A model generated the notes under the pieces. That model was not told the origin of the DNA. It saw only the letters and a program-made list of their open reading frames with translations, and made no database searches. Both the position numbers and the translations under genes were made by a program. A DNA stretch of 64,000 nucleotides from positions 101,607-165,606 of the IMG/VR virus record IMGVR_UViG_3300032242_003148; one strand, written 5' to 3'. Below, in pieces: positions 19,319-28,278 of this stretch. Source of the stretch: a virus. Numbering within the stretch: position 1 is the first letter of the stretch; each line of letters starts with the position of its first letter.

Positions 19319-22306
19319 TTAAGATATGTCAACATTATCTCCTATGTCCAGCTTTCCTGCCATAAAATCAGCAACTACTTGAGAGTCACTAGAGTAATGT
19401 ATTGGTTTGTTGTGTTTATCCTCATAGCTAGCGGCAAACAATCCTACAGCTGCTTCGTTTGAAGGTGTATAGATAGGGCTGAACGTTCTGTGATAAATAA
19501 GGTTTTTCTCCGGGAATAGCTTTTCTTTGACTTCCTCTTTAGCTGCATCACCGGCAGGTACTTGAACATTGAGCTGGTCTCCGTCGGAGTCTGCACCATA
19601 TCCTTTGAATACCAATGGGTTTAATTTAATAGAGAAGTCTTTGGGGTCAGGATTAGCCCTTAAGTAAAACCCTTGGAAGTTATATTTAGACAACTGGGGA
19701 TCACGAGTAACAATACCAGGACGATCTTTTAGCTCCTCTTGCAGGGCTAATGACGCTAGTGGGTGTTTGCTCTTAACATAGTCTCTGGCTTTGGTGGCGG
19801 GTACCCCTTGTCTCACTAGTCTGCGAATAATAAACGGAGTATAGATATTCCATAGAATAGTCTGAGGAATAGCTGCCTCATTCAACTGCAGATTTCCATC
19901 TGGTACAAGTACACCTCTTCCTACAAGATCAATTGGCTTGTTAACTACTTTGGCCTGGAACATAGAGCTCTTTGCGCTACCCCCTTGTGTGCCTAGCGTT
20001 GTGGCGAGCAGACCTTTGAAATGCTTTTCTTTGCTTCTTGTGCTGATTGGTTCGCCTAACCCATAGATGGCTCTAACTCCCTCGTATAACTTTTTACGAG
20101 CTTCACCTTTTAGCTCTTCAGGAGTGTGTTCGTCTATGCCTTTGAACGACCTGTTCACCAACATGAGATCTTTATATAATTCATTAACATCCGCGCTCAT
20201 GATCTGATTACCCTGTGCGGTAATTGGTCGGTATTGCGCAGGTATAACAGGAACTTTAGATAGCAATAAATCTTTGGGGTGAAGATTCTCCCTCTTTAGC
20301 ATTGTTAGGAAAGCTAATACTTTAACTGCAGAGTCTCTATCTGTTTTTCTGTTAGATTTAATATACCCTTTTAGCTCTGCTATCTTGTCATCTAACTTAA
20401 TACCTTTGAGTGCTTTTTCTAATTCGCCGTTAGATAACATTTCCTCAAACTTAGCTTTTGTTGTGCCTAATAGTTTACGCAACGGCTCTTCACTAATAGG
20501 ATTAGGTACTTTCATTGCTAGCTCTATGTGATTGTAGTTATCTCCGTAAATACCTACATTAACAGGGTCAAAAAGCCCGCTATTCTCTGCAACTAATTCT
20601 CCGTTCTTAAGCTTGTATGTGAGCGGTTCATGAATTTCGCCGTGACTAAGCATCTCTATATCTTTGTCTGTTTGAGGAAGAATATTAAACTTTGTGCCCT
20701 CTTGATTAACATGCACACCAGATCCCTCTAGGTGAGAAATAAACTTATTAAATATAAACGGAACTTTCGGAGGTGGCGGAGTATAACCTAGCTTGATTGC
20801 GTTCCAGAATTCATCGTTCTTTGTGCTTCTAACCACAGCCACATCTTTTAAAACTTCCTTGGCGTCATTAGACAGAGCTACCGTGGTTGCAAGGTTTCCT
20901 AAGCGCTTGCTCTTTTCAACAGTGCCGGCCTTAGAGGGCTGCATGTTAATATCGTATGTAGTACCTGCGGATCTAGATGATATTTTGTCTTCTGCAATGT
21001 GATGTAATCTTGTGTAATATGACGGACCTGTGAAAACTTCTATGTGCTTGCCAGAGATAGGATCATAGAGTTTTTCGGTATCTTTGATCCCGTGTTTTTC
21101 TAATTCTTTGATTGTGTTCTCTACAACACTACCATTTGCAAAAGGAGTAGTTTTAATGTTGTGACCTAACTTCTGAGCAACTTTGCCCATAGCCATTGTG
21201 GTGATAAGTCCAGGAGCAACGCGGCTAGTAACACTCATAGAGTTGAGCAGCACATCAATAGGTTTACCATCTTCTCCTTGAGGCATCTCGCTATTGCTAA
21301 CAATTCTAACCACACCTTTTGCGCCGAAAGGGTTAGAGAGTTTATCTCCCTGGGCCATTGTTCTTCTTGTCTTAATTGTAACAGTAATAAGTTTACTAGT
21401 ATGACTAACATCCACTACTTCACCATCATGCTCGTATTCCCAAGTATGTGTGATATCTGAGTAAGCATTTTTAAGTGCTCTAGAAAGTTTACCCAGTTGA
21501 ATTTCTAATGACTTTAGCGTTTTAGGTTGATACGCAAGAATCAACGGATCTCCATGGCTAACAATGCTGCCTCTTTTAATTGTTCCAGAACTATCTAACT
21601 TACTAAGCTGGTCGTTGAAATATTTGTTTGGGAACAATGAAACATATTTGTCTTTGTCTGTTTCTATTCCTCTAGCAATTTCTAATCTAACAGGCACAAG
21701 TTGCTCTGCTTCTAATTTTTGAGCGGCTGCTTCGCTAATAACAAGAGCATCTTCGAAATTATAAGAGCGATATGGCATCACGGCGGTTTTAAGATTCATA
21801 CCTAGTGCCATATTGCCATGAGCGTCAGAATAATTAGATGTGGCTAATAATCCCTCTTTTTTAACAGTGTCTCCTACTTTAACTGTAGGAATATGATGCA
21901 TATAACTTTCACGTCCCACCAGATAATGTTGATATAGTGGGTGCTCGTGGTCTTTACCAGAACTATCCTTAACCACAATCTTGTCAGGATCTACCTTGGT
22001 TACTTTTCCATCTGAAAAACTGTGAAGGCTAACTAGTTTATGTCCGAACTCCTCTATAAAGCTCTTGTGATCCTGGCTCTCGCTAGACTGAACTAATGGA
22101 GCTTCTCTGTTAACCAGAGTCATAGCCTGAAGTGAGCTCTTATCACCGATTAATACACGGGCACCTGATACACTACTCAGGCTGGGAATAAGATTAGTAA
22201 CAGGGGAGAAGAAATCCGTGGTGCTCGGAATCTTATAATCTACTTTGGTTGACTTAGGGACTTTTTTGAGTTTTCCGTGGTCCAACACGAATTTGTACTC
22301 TTTCAT
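19319..22306 (-). CDS. rpoB/rpoC: Phage RNA polymerase catalytic subunit: beta C-terminal half fused to beta' N-terminal half
   Basis: beta motifs SYNFEDA, GDKLSNPFGAKG, DVLLNSMSVTSRV, LHHIAEDKISSRS followed in frame by beta' motifs GLFDP, HIEL, VPVIPAQYRP, RDPQL, GADSDGDQ. Confidence 0.93.
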   Translation of the reverse strand: MKEYKFVLDHGKLKKVPKSTKVDYKIPSTTDFFSPVTNLIPSLSSVSGARVLIGDKSSLQAMTLVNREAPLVQSSESQDHKSFIEEFGHKLVSLHSFSDGKVTKVDPDKIVVKDSSGKDHEHPLYQHYLVGRESYMHHIPTVKVGDTVKKEGLLATSNYSDAHGNMALGMNLKTAVMPYRSYNFEDALVISEAAAQKLEAEQLVPVRLEIARGIETDKDKYVSLFPNKYFNDQLSKLDSSGTIKRGSIVSHGDPLILAYQPKTLKSLEIQLGKLSRALKNAYSDITHTWEYEHDGEVVDVSHTSKLITVTIKTRRTMAQGDKLSNPFGAKGVVRIVSNSEMPQGEDGKPIDVLLNSMSVTSRVAPGLITTMAMGKVAQKLGHNIKTTPFANGSVVENTIKELEKHGIKDTEKLYDPISGKHIEVFTGPSYYTRLHHIAEDKISSRSAGTTYDINMQPSKAGTVEKSKRLGNLATTVALSNDAKEVLKDVAVVRSTKNDEFWNAIKLGYTPPPPKVPFIFNKFISHLEGSGVHVNQEGTKFNILPQTDKDIEMLSHGEIHEPLTYKLKNGELVAENSGLFDPVNVGIYGDNYNHIELAMKVPNPISEEPLRKLLGTTKAKFEEMLSNGELEKALKGIKLDDKIAELKGYIKSNRKTDRDSAVKVLAFLTMLKRENLHPKDLLLSKVPVIPAQYRPITAQGNQIMSADVNELYKDLMLVNRSFKGIDEHTPEELKGEARKKLYEGVRAIYGLGEPISTRSKEKHFKGLLATTLGTQGGSAKSSMFQAKVVNKPIDLVGRGVLVPDGNLQLNEAAIPQTILWNIYTPFIIRRLVRQGVPATKARDYVKSKHPLASLALQEELKDRPGIVTRDPQLSKYNFQGFYLRANPDPKDFSIKLNPLVFKGYGADSDGDQLNVQVPAGDAAKEEVKEKLFPEKNLIYHRTFSPIYTPSNEAAVGLFAASYEDKHNKPIHYSSDSQVVADFMAGKLDIGDNVDIS

Positions 22307-22359
22307 CCAAACATTCTAGCACAGCCCTATTAAAAGGCTACTGATTTGTTATTACTTGT

Positions 22360-22791
22360 TTAATAGCTTATCTTGCCGCCCTTGAAATTAGGGTCTGGAA
22401 CATAAGTATTATTAAGGTGCTGATTGTTTTGATGTCTGCTTTCAGCCAGGGAAGGACCACTAAAGAGATCAAGGCCTGTATTATGGGCGGCGCTATTTAA
22501 CATACCACCAACGTTAGTCTTAAAGTTTTGAAAACCAGTTCCGATAGCGTTACCAATATTATGTGCTGTGTTACCGAGTGCGTGACCCGCAGCCCCAATA
22601 CCATTACCCACAGATTGCAGGCCTTTAGTTATGGTGTCGTCTTCACCTAAGGGCAAGTGGTTGTACTTGGATGCTGATATTTCTGAATTTAAGGGAATTG
22701 TGGCCTGCTTTAAAATCTCGATAGCTTCATTCTTGCTAACTCCATAGTCAGCTGCTCTTTTTAGGAATCCATTAATAAATGCTTCGTTCAT
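22360..22791 (-). CDS. Leader-cassette paralog 3
   Basis: MNEAFINGFLKRAADYGVSKNEAIEILKQA + cargo. Confidence 0.75.
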   Translation of the reverse strand: MNEAFINGFLKRAADYGVSKNEAIEILKQATIPLNSEISASKYNHLPLGEDDTITKGLQSVGNGIGAAGHALGNTAHNIGNAIGTGFQNFKTNVGGMLNSAAHNTGLDLFSGPSLAESRHQNNQHLNNTYVPDPNFKGGKISY

Positions 22792-23150
22792 AAGTTTTTC
22801 TTTTTTTCTTCTTCTGTTTTTCGTTTCTGCTTTCTTTTTTCTCCAAGGTTTTCTCTAAGCACGTGATCAGCTTTATACTTACGACCAATGTGATAACCGG
22901 TATATCCGGGAATAAGGAGCCCCTTACCAAGTCCATAAGGTGTGCGGTGTACTTCTTCAGCCTCATCTTCATCCATGTCATTATATCTACCAATAAGTGC
23001 ACCTATAGCAGAAGGAACTCCAAGATTACCAATATCATACATAGGTCCAATGATGGCCTGCTTCTCTAAAATCTCGATAGCTTCAGCTTCGCTAACTCCA
23101 TAGTCAGCTGCTCTTTTTACAAATCCATTAATAAATGCTTGTTCGCTCAT
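22788..23150 (-). CDS. Leader-cassette paralog 2
   Basis: MSEQAFINGFVKRAADYGVSEAEAIEILEKQA + unrelated cargo. Confidence 0.75.
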   Translation of the reverse strand: MSEQAFINGFVKRAADYGVSEAEAIEILEKQAIIGPMYDIGNLGVPSAIGALIGRYNDMDEDEAEEVHRTPYGLGKGLLIPGYTGYHIGRKYKADHVLRENLGEKRKQKRKTEEEKKKNL

Positions 23151-23161
23151 ATAGTTATTTG

Positions 23162-23191
23162 TTATTTCTGCTTTAGTACGTCTTCGTTCAT
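23162..23191 (-). pseudogene. Collapsed leader-cassette remnant (MNEDVLKQK*)
   Basis: Same upstream AAATAACTAT as gene at 23150 and same ATGAACGAAG start as genes at 22791 and 23698. Confidence 0.5.
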
Positions 23192-23224
23192 ATAGTTATT
23201 TCTATACCCTGCTCAGTGCTTTAT

Positions 23225-23698
23225 CTAGGGAGTGATATCTGTATTATGGGCGGCACTATTTAAAGCACCGCCGACATTATCGTTACGCTTTTGAAAATAA
23301 TCTCCAACAGTGTTACCAATATTACGTGCTTTGTCAGCAACAAAGTTATTAATTTCACGCCCTACGGCTGGTATGGCGTGTGATGTGCCAGCTAAAGTGG
23401 CGCCTGCGCCCCACAGGGCTGGAATACCGGTGTTGCGGATTGATTGACCGACCGACGGTGGCGTCAATCCGCTAGTTAAAGGGCTAGCAACTCCACGTTC
23501 AGCACCTAGACCAGCACGAAGGCTAGCGCCAAGGCCAGGGAATGCTTTGTTTGCTATGTTACCCACTCTACCTAAACCGCCTAATATAGGACCGATGGGG
23601 GCTGCGGACTTTTCATTCAAAATACTAATTGCTTCATTCTCACTAACTCCATAGTCCGCTGCTCTTTTTAAGAATCCGTTTATAAAGGCTTCGTTCAT
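23225..23698 (-). CDS. Leader-cassette paralog 1
   Basis: MNEAFINGFLKRAADYGVSENEAISILNEKSA + Gly-rich cargo. Confidence 0.75.
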   Translation of the reverse strand: MNEAFINGFLKRAADYGVSENEAISILNEKSAAPIGPILGGLGRVGNIANKAFPGLGASLRAGLGAERGVASPLTSGLTPPSVGQSIRNTGIPALWGAGATLAGTSHAIPAVGREINNFVADKARNIGNTVGDYFQKRNDNVGGALNSAAHNTDITP

Positions 23699-23729
23699 AA
23701 GTTTTAAGTTTTAAGTTTTTCTGATTTTA

Positions 23730-24056
23730 TTAACTTTCCCCCTCTTCGTCAAGATTTTCTGGATTATCAACAAATCTCAAACCACATCTCCAGAGCACAT
23801 GGGCAAGGTCATCGCTAATCTCGTCCACCACATCATTGTCCAACTCCCAAATAGCGCAATGTATTAGTTCATCTAATAGGGTAGCCAACATCTCCTTTGG
23901 TGTTTGGTTAGGGTCAACAACTACACTCTTACCCTTTGTTGCAGGGTTGTCTGTTCTGCCCCTATTCTGAGTTTCAGTTATCAGATTAGGGGTTAATGAA
24001 AATTTATACCTCCTACCTCTCACGGTAATAGAGTGAATGTTCTCTAGCTGCTTCAT
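23730..24056 (-). CDS. Small zincin-like protein with degenerate DELIH motif
   Basis: TLLDELIHCA...DEISD resembles TLLHExxHA phage metallopeptidase-like proteins. Confidence 0.55.
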   Translation of the reverse strand: MKQLENIHSITVRGRRYKFSLTPNLITETQNRGRTDNPATKGKSVVVDPNQTPKEMLATLLDELIHCAIWELDNDVVDEISDDLAHVLWRCGLRFVDNPENLDEEGES

Positions 24057-24167
24057 AATGTATTCTCAGCCTAGAATACTAAAATCAAAGGTGGAAAGGA
24101 AGCGGGATTTGTATGGGGCTGCCTATATCATTAGATATAACGTCATTCATCACCAGATATTACCCCA

Positions 24168-24196
24168 TTGACATACACAAATCCCACAGCTAGATT
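24168..24196 (+). promoter_or_regulatory. Sigma70-type promoter for HUH gene (leaderless)
   Basis: TTGACA-17 nt-TAGATT, 7 nt before in-frame ATG 24204. Confidence 0.7.
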
Positions 24197-24203
24197 CCCA
24201 TTC

Positions 24204-25601
24204 ATGATTCTCTTACCCGAACACCCATTAAGAAGAGCTAACACCCAATACAAGCCTCCTGTTCCATCCATAGAACTAATAGAGCATTGGCTAGAGAACG
24301 AATGGAACCAGATAATGGATAGGCCGGTAGCTAACCGTGTTGTGAGGGACAAACTAGACATAGACATCACAAGCATATGGGATATCAGAGCCCATTGGGG
24401 AGTTCTCACTGCAGAAGAAGCCATTAAGATTACTAGGGTACTAGAGAAAGAAACCTCTGGTGTGGGTGCGTCAGGTAACGAGGGATTCATTTATTATCCA
24501 GGCTGGGGTATGAAGCGTAAACATGAATTCTCTCGATGGTGCTCTATTACTGCACTACTAGGTGAGAATTGGGACTCTCGTGGTTGCCTACTAAACAGCA
24601 TGCTCTCATACACCAAAGGAGTTAGTGGCTTGAACATTAAAAACAGAATTTTAAACCCATATACTACTCGTGTGGAAACTAAAAATTGGTTAACCGCCAG
24701 AGAGAAGAGCATAAACAAGTTATTCAAGAGAGGCCTAGTTGCTCGTACATTTGTTATTCATGAGAATGATTGCTTTGTGCCATCCTTTGGGGAAGATTGG
24801 GTAGACGTTGTGAGGGACGGCTTCAAGCTAACCAGAAAAAGACTAATGGCTCTAAAGAGATCTGGTGTGATAGAGGACTACATGTACAGCCATGAATCTA
24901 GCTGCACCTCTATAGAATCCAGACTTATACATCCACATACCCACGTTATCTTCTGGGCAGGCAAGAACTGGAGTGAGTCTGCTATGAGAATTGCTCTAAA
25001 GCTAAACAAAGAACTCACCATGGGCTATCATGATGACGAGAGGACTCTTATCTCCTGGAGGTCTCAAAGCGAGGACTTTAAGAACTACGTGGGCTATATC
25101 AATGGTGTGTATGACTTCGGAAATAGGCTCTCTAAGGAATGGACAAAAGAGAAGAGTCGTGAGTTGAACATAGCTACTCGTGAGCTGGCTAGTGGTGTGA
25201 ACTACTTATTCTTGAAAATACACAAAACCGGCTGTGGTGGTCTAAAGAAGAATACCGGCTTGCAAAAGAGCAAAGGAGAGTTTAAAATCGATCAAACTAA
25301 ATCTTGCGAAGAAGAAATAATTTATGAACAAACAAGCACTCTCAGAGGGAATAATGTGGGAATTGGGCAGGAACAACATATCCAAGGAAGCCTCTCTAGG
25401 AATACTAGATACACTGATGTCAACGGAGAGCGTGGTTTTATCTCTAGAGAAGAAAGCTCAACTAATACGCAGAGTAGAGGAGGAGAGCCTAGAGTTCAGA
25501 AGGGGACTAAAAGAGGCCATGCTAGAGAGGGGAGTGGACGAGGATGTAGTAGACGGCTTTCTAAAGCAGGGAGAGGTAGAGTTCGAGAACATCATGAATA
25601 G
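24204..25601 (+). CDS. Rolling-circle Rep-like HUH endonuclease
   Basis: RTFVI (motif I-like), SHESS...IHPHTHVIFW (HUH), YVGYI (catalytic Tyr-like); start moved to ATG 24204. Confidence 0.6.
   Translation: MILLPEHPLRRANTQYKPPVPSIELIEHWLENEWNQIMDRPVANRVVRDKLDIDITSIWDIRAHWGVLTAEEAIKITRVLEKETSGVGASGNEGFIYYPGWGMKRKHEFSRWCSITALLGENWDSRGCLLNSMLSYTKGVSGLNIKNRILNPYTTRVETKNWLTAREKSINKLFKRGLVARTFVIHENDCFVPSFGEDWVDVVRDGFKLTRKRLMALKRSGVIEDYMYSHESSCTSIESRLIHPHTHVIFWAGKNWSESAMRIALKLNKELTMGYHDDERTLISWRSQSEDFKNYVGYINGVYDFGNRLSKEWTKEKSRELNIATRELASGVNYLFLKIHKTGCGGLKKNTGLQKSKGEFKIDQTKSCEEEIIYEQTSTLRGNNVGIGQEQHIQGSLSRNTRYTDVNGERGFISREESSTNTQSRGGEPRVQKGTKRGHAREGSGRGCSRRLSKAGRGRVREHHE
25260..25288 (+). promoter_or_regulatory. 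Sigma70-type promoter of the + strand virion operon
   Basis: TTGCAA-17 nt-TAAAAT, 35 nt upstream of ATG 25324. Confidence 0.65.
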
Positions 25602-26358
25602 CCTGCTAGAGAAGAACGCAGGGGGATTTGGCAGCATTCTTGAGGGTGGAGCAAACCTATTCAAAGGGATAAAAAATTTAGGTGGTGAAGTAGGAAATAC
25701 CTGGAGAGAGGCAGGAGATGGTGGCGGAATGTGGCAGGGCATTAAAAATATATTTCATGGTAGAGAGGGCAGTGGACCAGGTTCTTCTGGGGCTAGAATT
25801 ACTCCTGAGCCAGGAGCAGCATCCAGCGTAGCTGGCAGCTCAGCAAAAACTCAAGCAGGGGTTACAAATCCCGGATTTATGGGTCCTGGTTTCTGGGGGC
25901 GTAGGTTCGGTAAAGGGGGTAAAGGAGCTCTCTATGGTGGAGCAATAGGAAGTTTTGTTCCTGGCGTGGGCACAATAGGCGGAGCAGCCCTAGGAGGAGC
26001 AGCGGGATTATTAGGCAGGGCAGGACTAGCAGGTGTAGGAGCAACGACCTTAGGTGGTGGAGCACTATTAGGGCATAGCATGCTTGGTGGGGATAGCGAC
26101 AAATATGGTTTAGAGCCATGGAAGCAAAATAATCTTATTCCCGGAATATCCAATAATATGCTAGGCACAGGGGCTGGAGCAATAGGTGCACTTATGTTGA
26201 GCAAAGAATTAGGTCTACCTCTGGGCAACGCTATACCTCTTCTGCTGGGTGGATATCTTGGGCACAAATATCTTCCAGGTATTATGGGAGGCAACAATCC
26301 ACTTTCCCAGTATGGTTATGGCTGGAGCAGGGATGCAGCGCCTTCTCAACTCCAATAA
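25324..26358 (+). CDS. Glycine-zipper putative internal/membrane-active protein
   Basis: Acidic N-terminus with KEA/KKA/KNA; GALYGGAIGSFVPGVGTIGGAALGGAAG zipper. Confidence 0.65.
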   Translation: MNKQALSEGIMWELGRNNISKEASLGILDTLMSTESVVLSLEKKAQLIRRVEEESLEFRRGLKEAMLERGVDEDVVDGFLKQGEVEFENIMNSLLEKNAGGFGSILEGGANLFKGIKNLGGEVGNTWREAGDGGGMWQGIKNIFHGREGSGPGSSGARITPEPGAASSVAGSSAKTQAGVTNPGFMGPGFWGRRFGKGGKGALYGGAIGSFVPGVGTIGGAALGGAAGLLGRAGLAGVGATTLGGGALLGHSMLGGDSDKYGLEPWKQNNLIPGISNNMLGTGAGAIGALMLSKELGLPLGNAIPLLLGGYLGHKYLPGIMGGNNPLSQYGYGWSRDAAPSQLQ

Positions 26359-26359
26359 A

Positions 26360-27190
26360 ATGAATTTAGACTTGGCTGCTTTTAGCTTAGGGTTCAATGA
26401 CAGGCTTTTGGAGAAATCCGCAAGCTCTTCTAACTTCTTGGATCATGCCGCTAATGAAAACATACTTCCTTCATTCAACAATCAAACTAACTGGAAGTAC
26501 GTTAAGACTCCTGAGGGTATAAGACTTTCAGACGGTAATCATGTGTTTGGATTTGGTTTAAAAGATTTCGGTGGAGAGCAGAGCCGGGTAGAAAAATTAA
26601 ATGACATTTCTATCCTGGATTTTGAAAAGGATAAGTTACATGGAGGAACTGCACAGATTCACAGGAGCAGTCCTCATAGTGTTTATATGACTCTAGCCAC
26701 AGGCAGAGATAATCCTACGTTTGTGTTAGAGCATGATGAGGGTAAGAACTGGAGGTATATTCCTTCTAAGAAAATGATAAAGAGGCTAGAGACTCTGAAG
26801 AATCTAGAGACCCAAACAATACCCTCTATAGACGAAGAGTCATTGATGAAAGGTGCAGAGCATATGCTTAAATCTGCGTTACTTCCAGAAGTATCAAACA
26901 ACTTAGCTCAAGGCAATGGCTTGTTAGGATCTCCTGAATACGGTGCGCATTTATTTAATTCTGGAATTAACACACTAAAGTCAGGACTAGGAGCAATAGG
27001 AGCCCACCCAGTTATGGCTATAGGTGGAACATTACTTGGTGGCATGCTATTAAACCACCTGAGAAAAAAGTATAGCCCAGAGTACAGGCAAGAAATGTTA
27101 TCTCATCCTGGTAAAGAGACAAACAGAAGCATATTACTCCCATTGTTGGCGGGTGGGGCTCTAGTAGGATTAGGAGGACTAGCAAGATGA
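26360..27190 (+). CDS. Leader-bearing virion-module protein
   Basis: Start MNLDLAAFSLGFNDRLLEKSA (ATG 26360); two C-terminal hydrophobic helices. Confidence 0.6.
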   Translation: MNLDLAAFSLGFNDRLLEKSASSSNFLDHAANENILPSFNNQTNWKYVKTPEGIRLSDGNHVFGFGLKDFGGEQSRVEKLNDISILDFEKDKLHGGTAQIHRSSPHSVYMTLATGRDNPTFVLEHDEGKNWRYIPSKKMIKRLETLKNLETQTIPSIDEESLMKGAEHMLKSALLPEVSNNLAQGNGLLGSPEYGAHLFNSGINTLKSGLGAIGAHPVMAIGGTLLGGMLLNHLRKKYSPEYRQEMLSHPGKETNRSILLPLLAGGALVGLGGLAR

Positions 27191-27555
27191 TTCCAGGCTA
27201 CGACCATACAGCAGATTTAGGACCAGACTTCTCTACCTTGGTAGGCCCAGGGGGAACATTACTTCCAGCAGATCTGCAAAAATATATAAATGCTGATCAT
27301 GGGCTGGCTCCTGACCAGAGAGTACATCTATTAAAAATGTTAAACTCCCCGGATATGGCCGGCCATCTTTTCGCAGGAGTAACAGGAGCGGCTATAGCAT
27401 TAGCTGTGGCAAGATGGAAAAAGATGAGCGCGGCAAGTCAGGTTCTTATGAGCTTGGCAGGTTTCGGTTTAGGAAATATAATATTAAACAAGCTAGAAGG
27501 ACACCCTAAGCATACGTCATGGGATCCTGATACAGGAACAGTTACAGTTTTATGA
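27187..27555 (+). CDS. Small two-TM Gly-rich protein
   Basis: 122 aa; ATGA-coupled. Confidence 0.6.
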   Translation: MIPGYDHTADLGPDFSTLVGPGGTLLPADLQKYINADHGLAPDQRVHLLKMLNSPDMAGHLFAGVTGAAIALAVARWKKMSAASQVLMSLAGFGLGNIILNKLEGHPKHTSWDPDTGTVTVL

Positions 27556-27923
27556 AATTAACACCTTACGGAAAAATTATCAAAGCAGCTCTAGCGGCAG
27601 AACTAGAGAAATCAGGTAGCTCTATACTTGAGTTTGAAAAGAATCTTGCAGAGCTGAATACCGCAGAAGGAGCCGTTAAGGTTGCTAGCGATCTTAATAT
27701 GATGCATGAATTTGTTACTCGCCCTATGGCAGGAGTAGCCGGTAGCATTCCTGGGTGGGCATTAAATACTAGTGCCGCGGCAGGTGCTGCTGGTGGAATA
27801 ACATTTGACGAGATGGAGAATAGTGTAGGAGAATTAAACAATGCGCTAGCACGTGAACGTCAAAAAGTTAACATGATACGCAATCTAACCCACAAACTAA
27901 AACAAGAACATGGCCTTAACTAA
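27552..27923 (+). CDS. Hypothetical protein (KVA site, Gly-rich segment, coiled coil)
   Basis: 123 aa; coupled. Confidence 0.6.
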   Translation: MKLTPYGKIIKAALAAELEKSGSSILEFEKNLAELNTAEGAVKVASDLNMMHEFVTRPMAGVAGSIPGWALNTSAAAGAAGGITFDEMENSVGELNNALARERQKVNMIRNLTHKLKQEHGLN

Positions 27924-28278
27924 CACAGAAAAAATGACAGAACATTTTGATTTCGGCAGCACAAGCTCCGATTTCAAGCCAACACCCAAAAGAACAATCC
28001 AAAGAGAGCTGAAAGGAGAAATCCTAGATCAGCAGAGAGAAATAGATGCATTCGAACAAGCCAAAGGCTGGAGCAAAAAGCCCAAGGTGGACATGAGTGT
28101 TTATGAATTTCAAAGCATAGTTCTAGACCCTGAGAAGCAACACGACAATGACATGCTTTCCCAGCTCTTGAACAACGAAAAATATATAATCAGCTACTAC
28201 AAAGATAACTGGACTCCTCAAGGAACATACAGGGCGTTCATTATCTACGGTAAAAAGAAAGAAGAACCTAAACAATGA
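27910..28278 (+). CDS. Hypothetical protein
   Basis: 122 aa; coupled. Confidence 0.6.
   Translation: MALTNTEKMTEHFDFGSTSSDFKPTPKRTIQRELKGEILDQQREIDAFEQAKGWSKKPKVDMSVYEFQSIVLDPEKQHDNDMLSQLLNNEKYIISYYKDNWTPQGTYRAFIIYGKKKEEPKQ

Noticed and set aside
16291-22306. Cellular rpoBC operon
   Set aside because: Highly divergent, fragmented, surrounded by capsid genes, with no ribosomal protein genes nearby
24168-24203. TTG start of the HUH ORF
   Set aside because: The TTG is part of the TTGACA -35 box; ATG 24204 fits better
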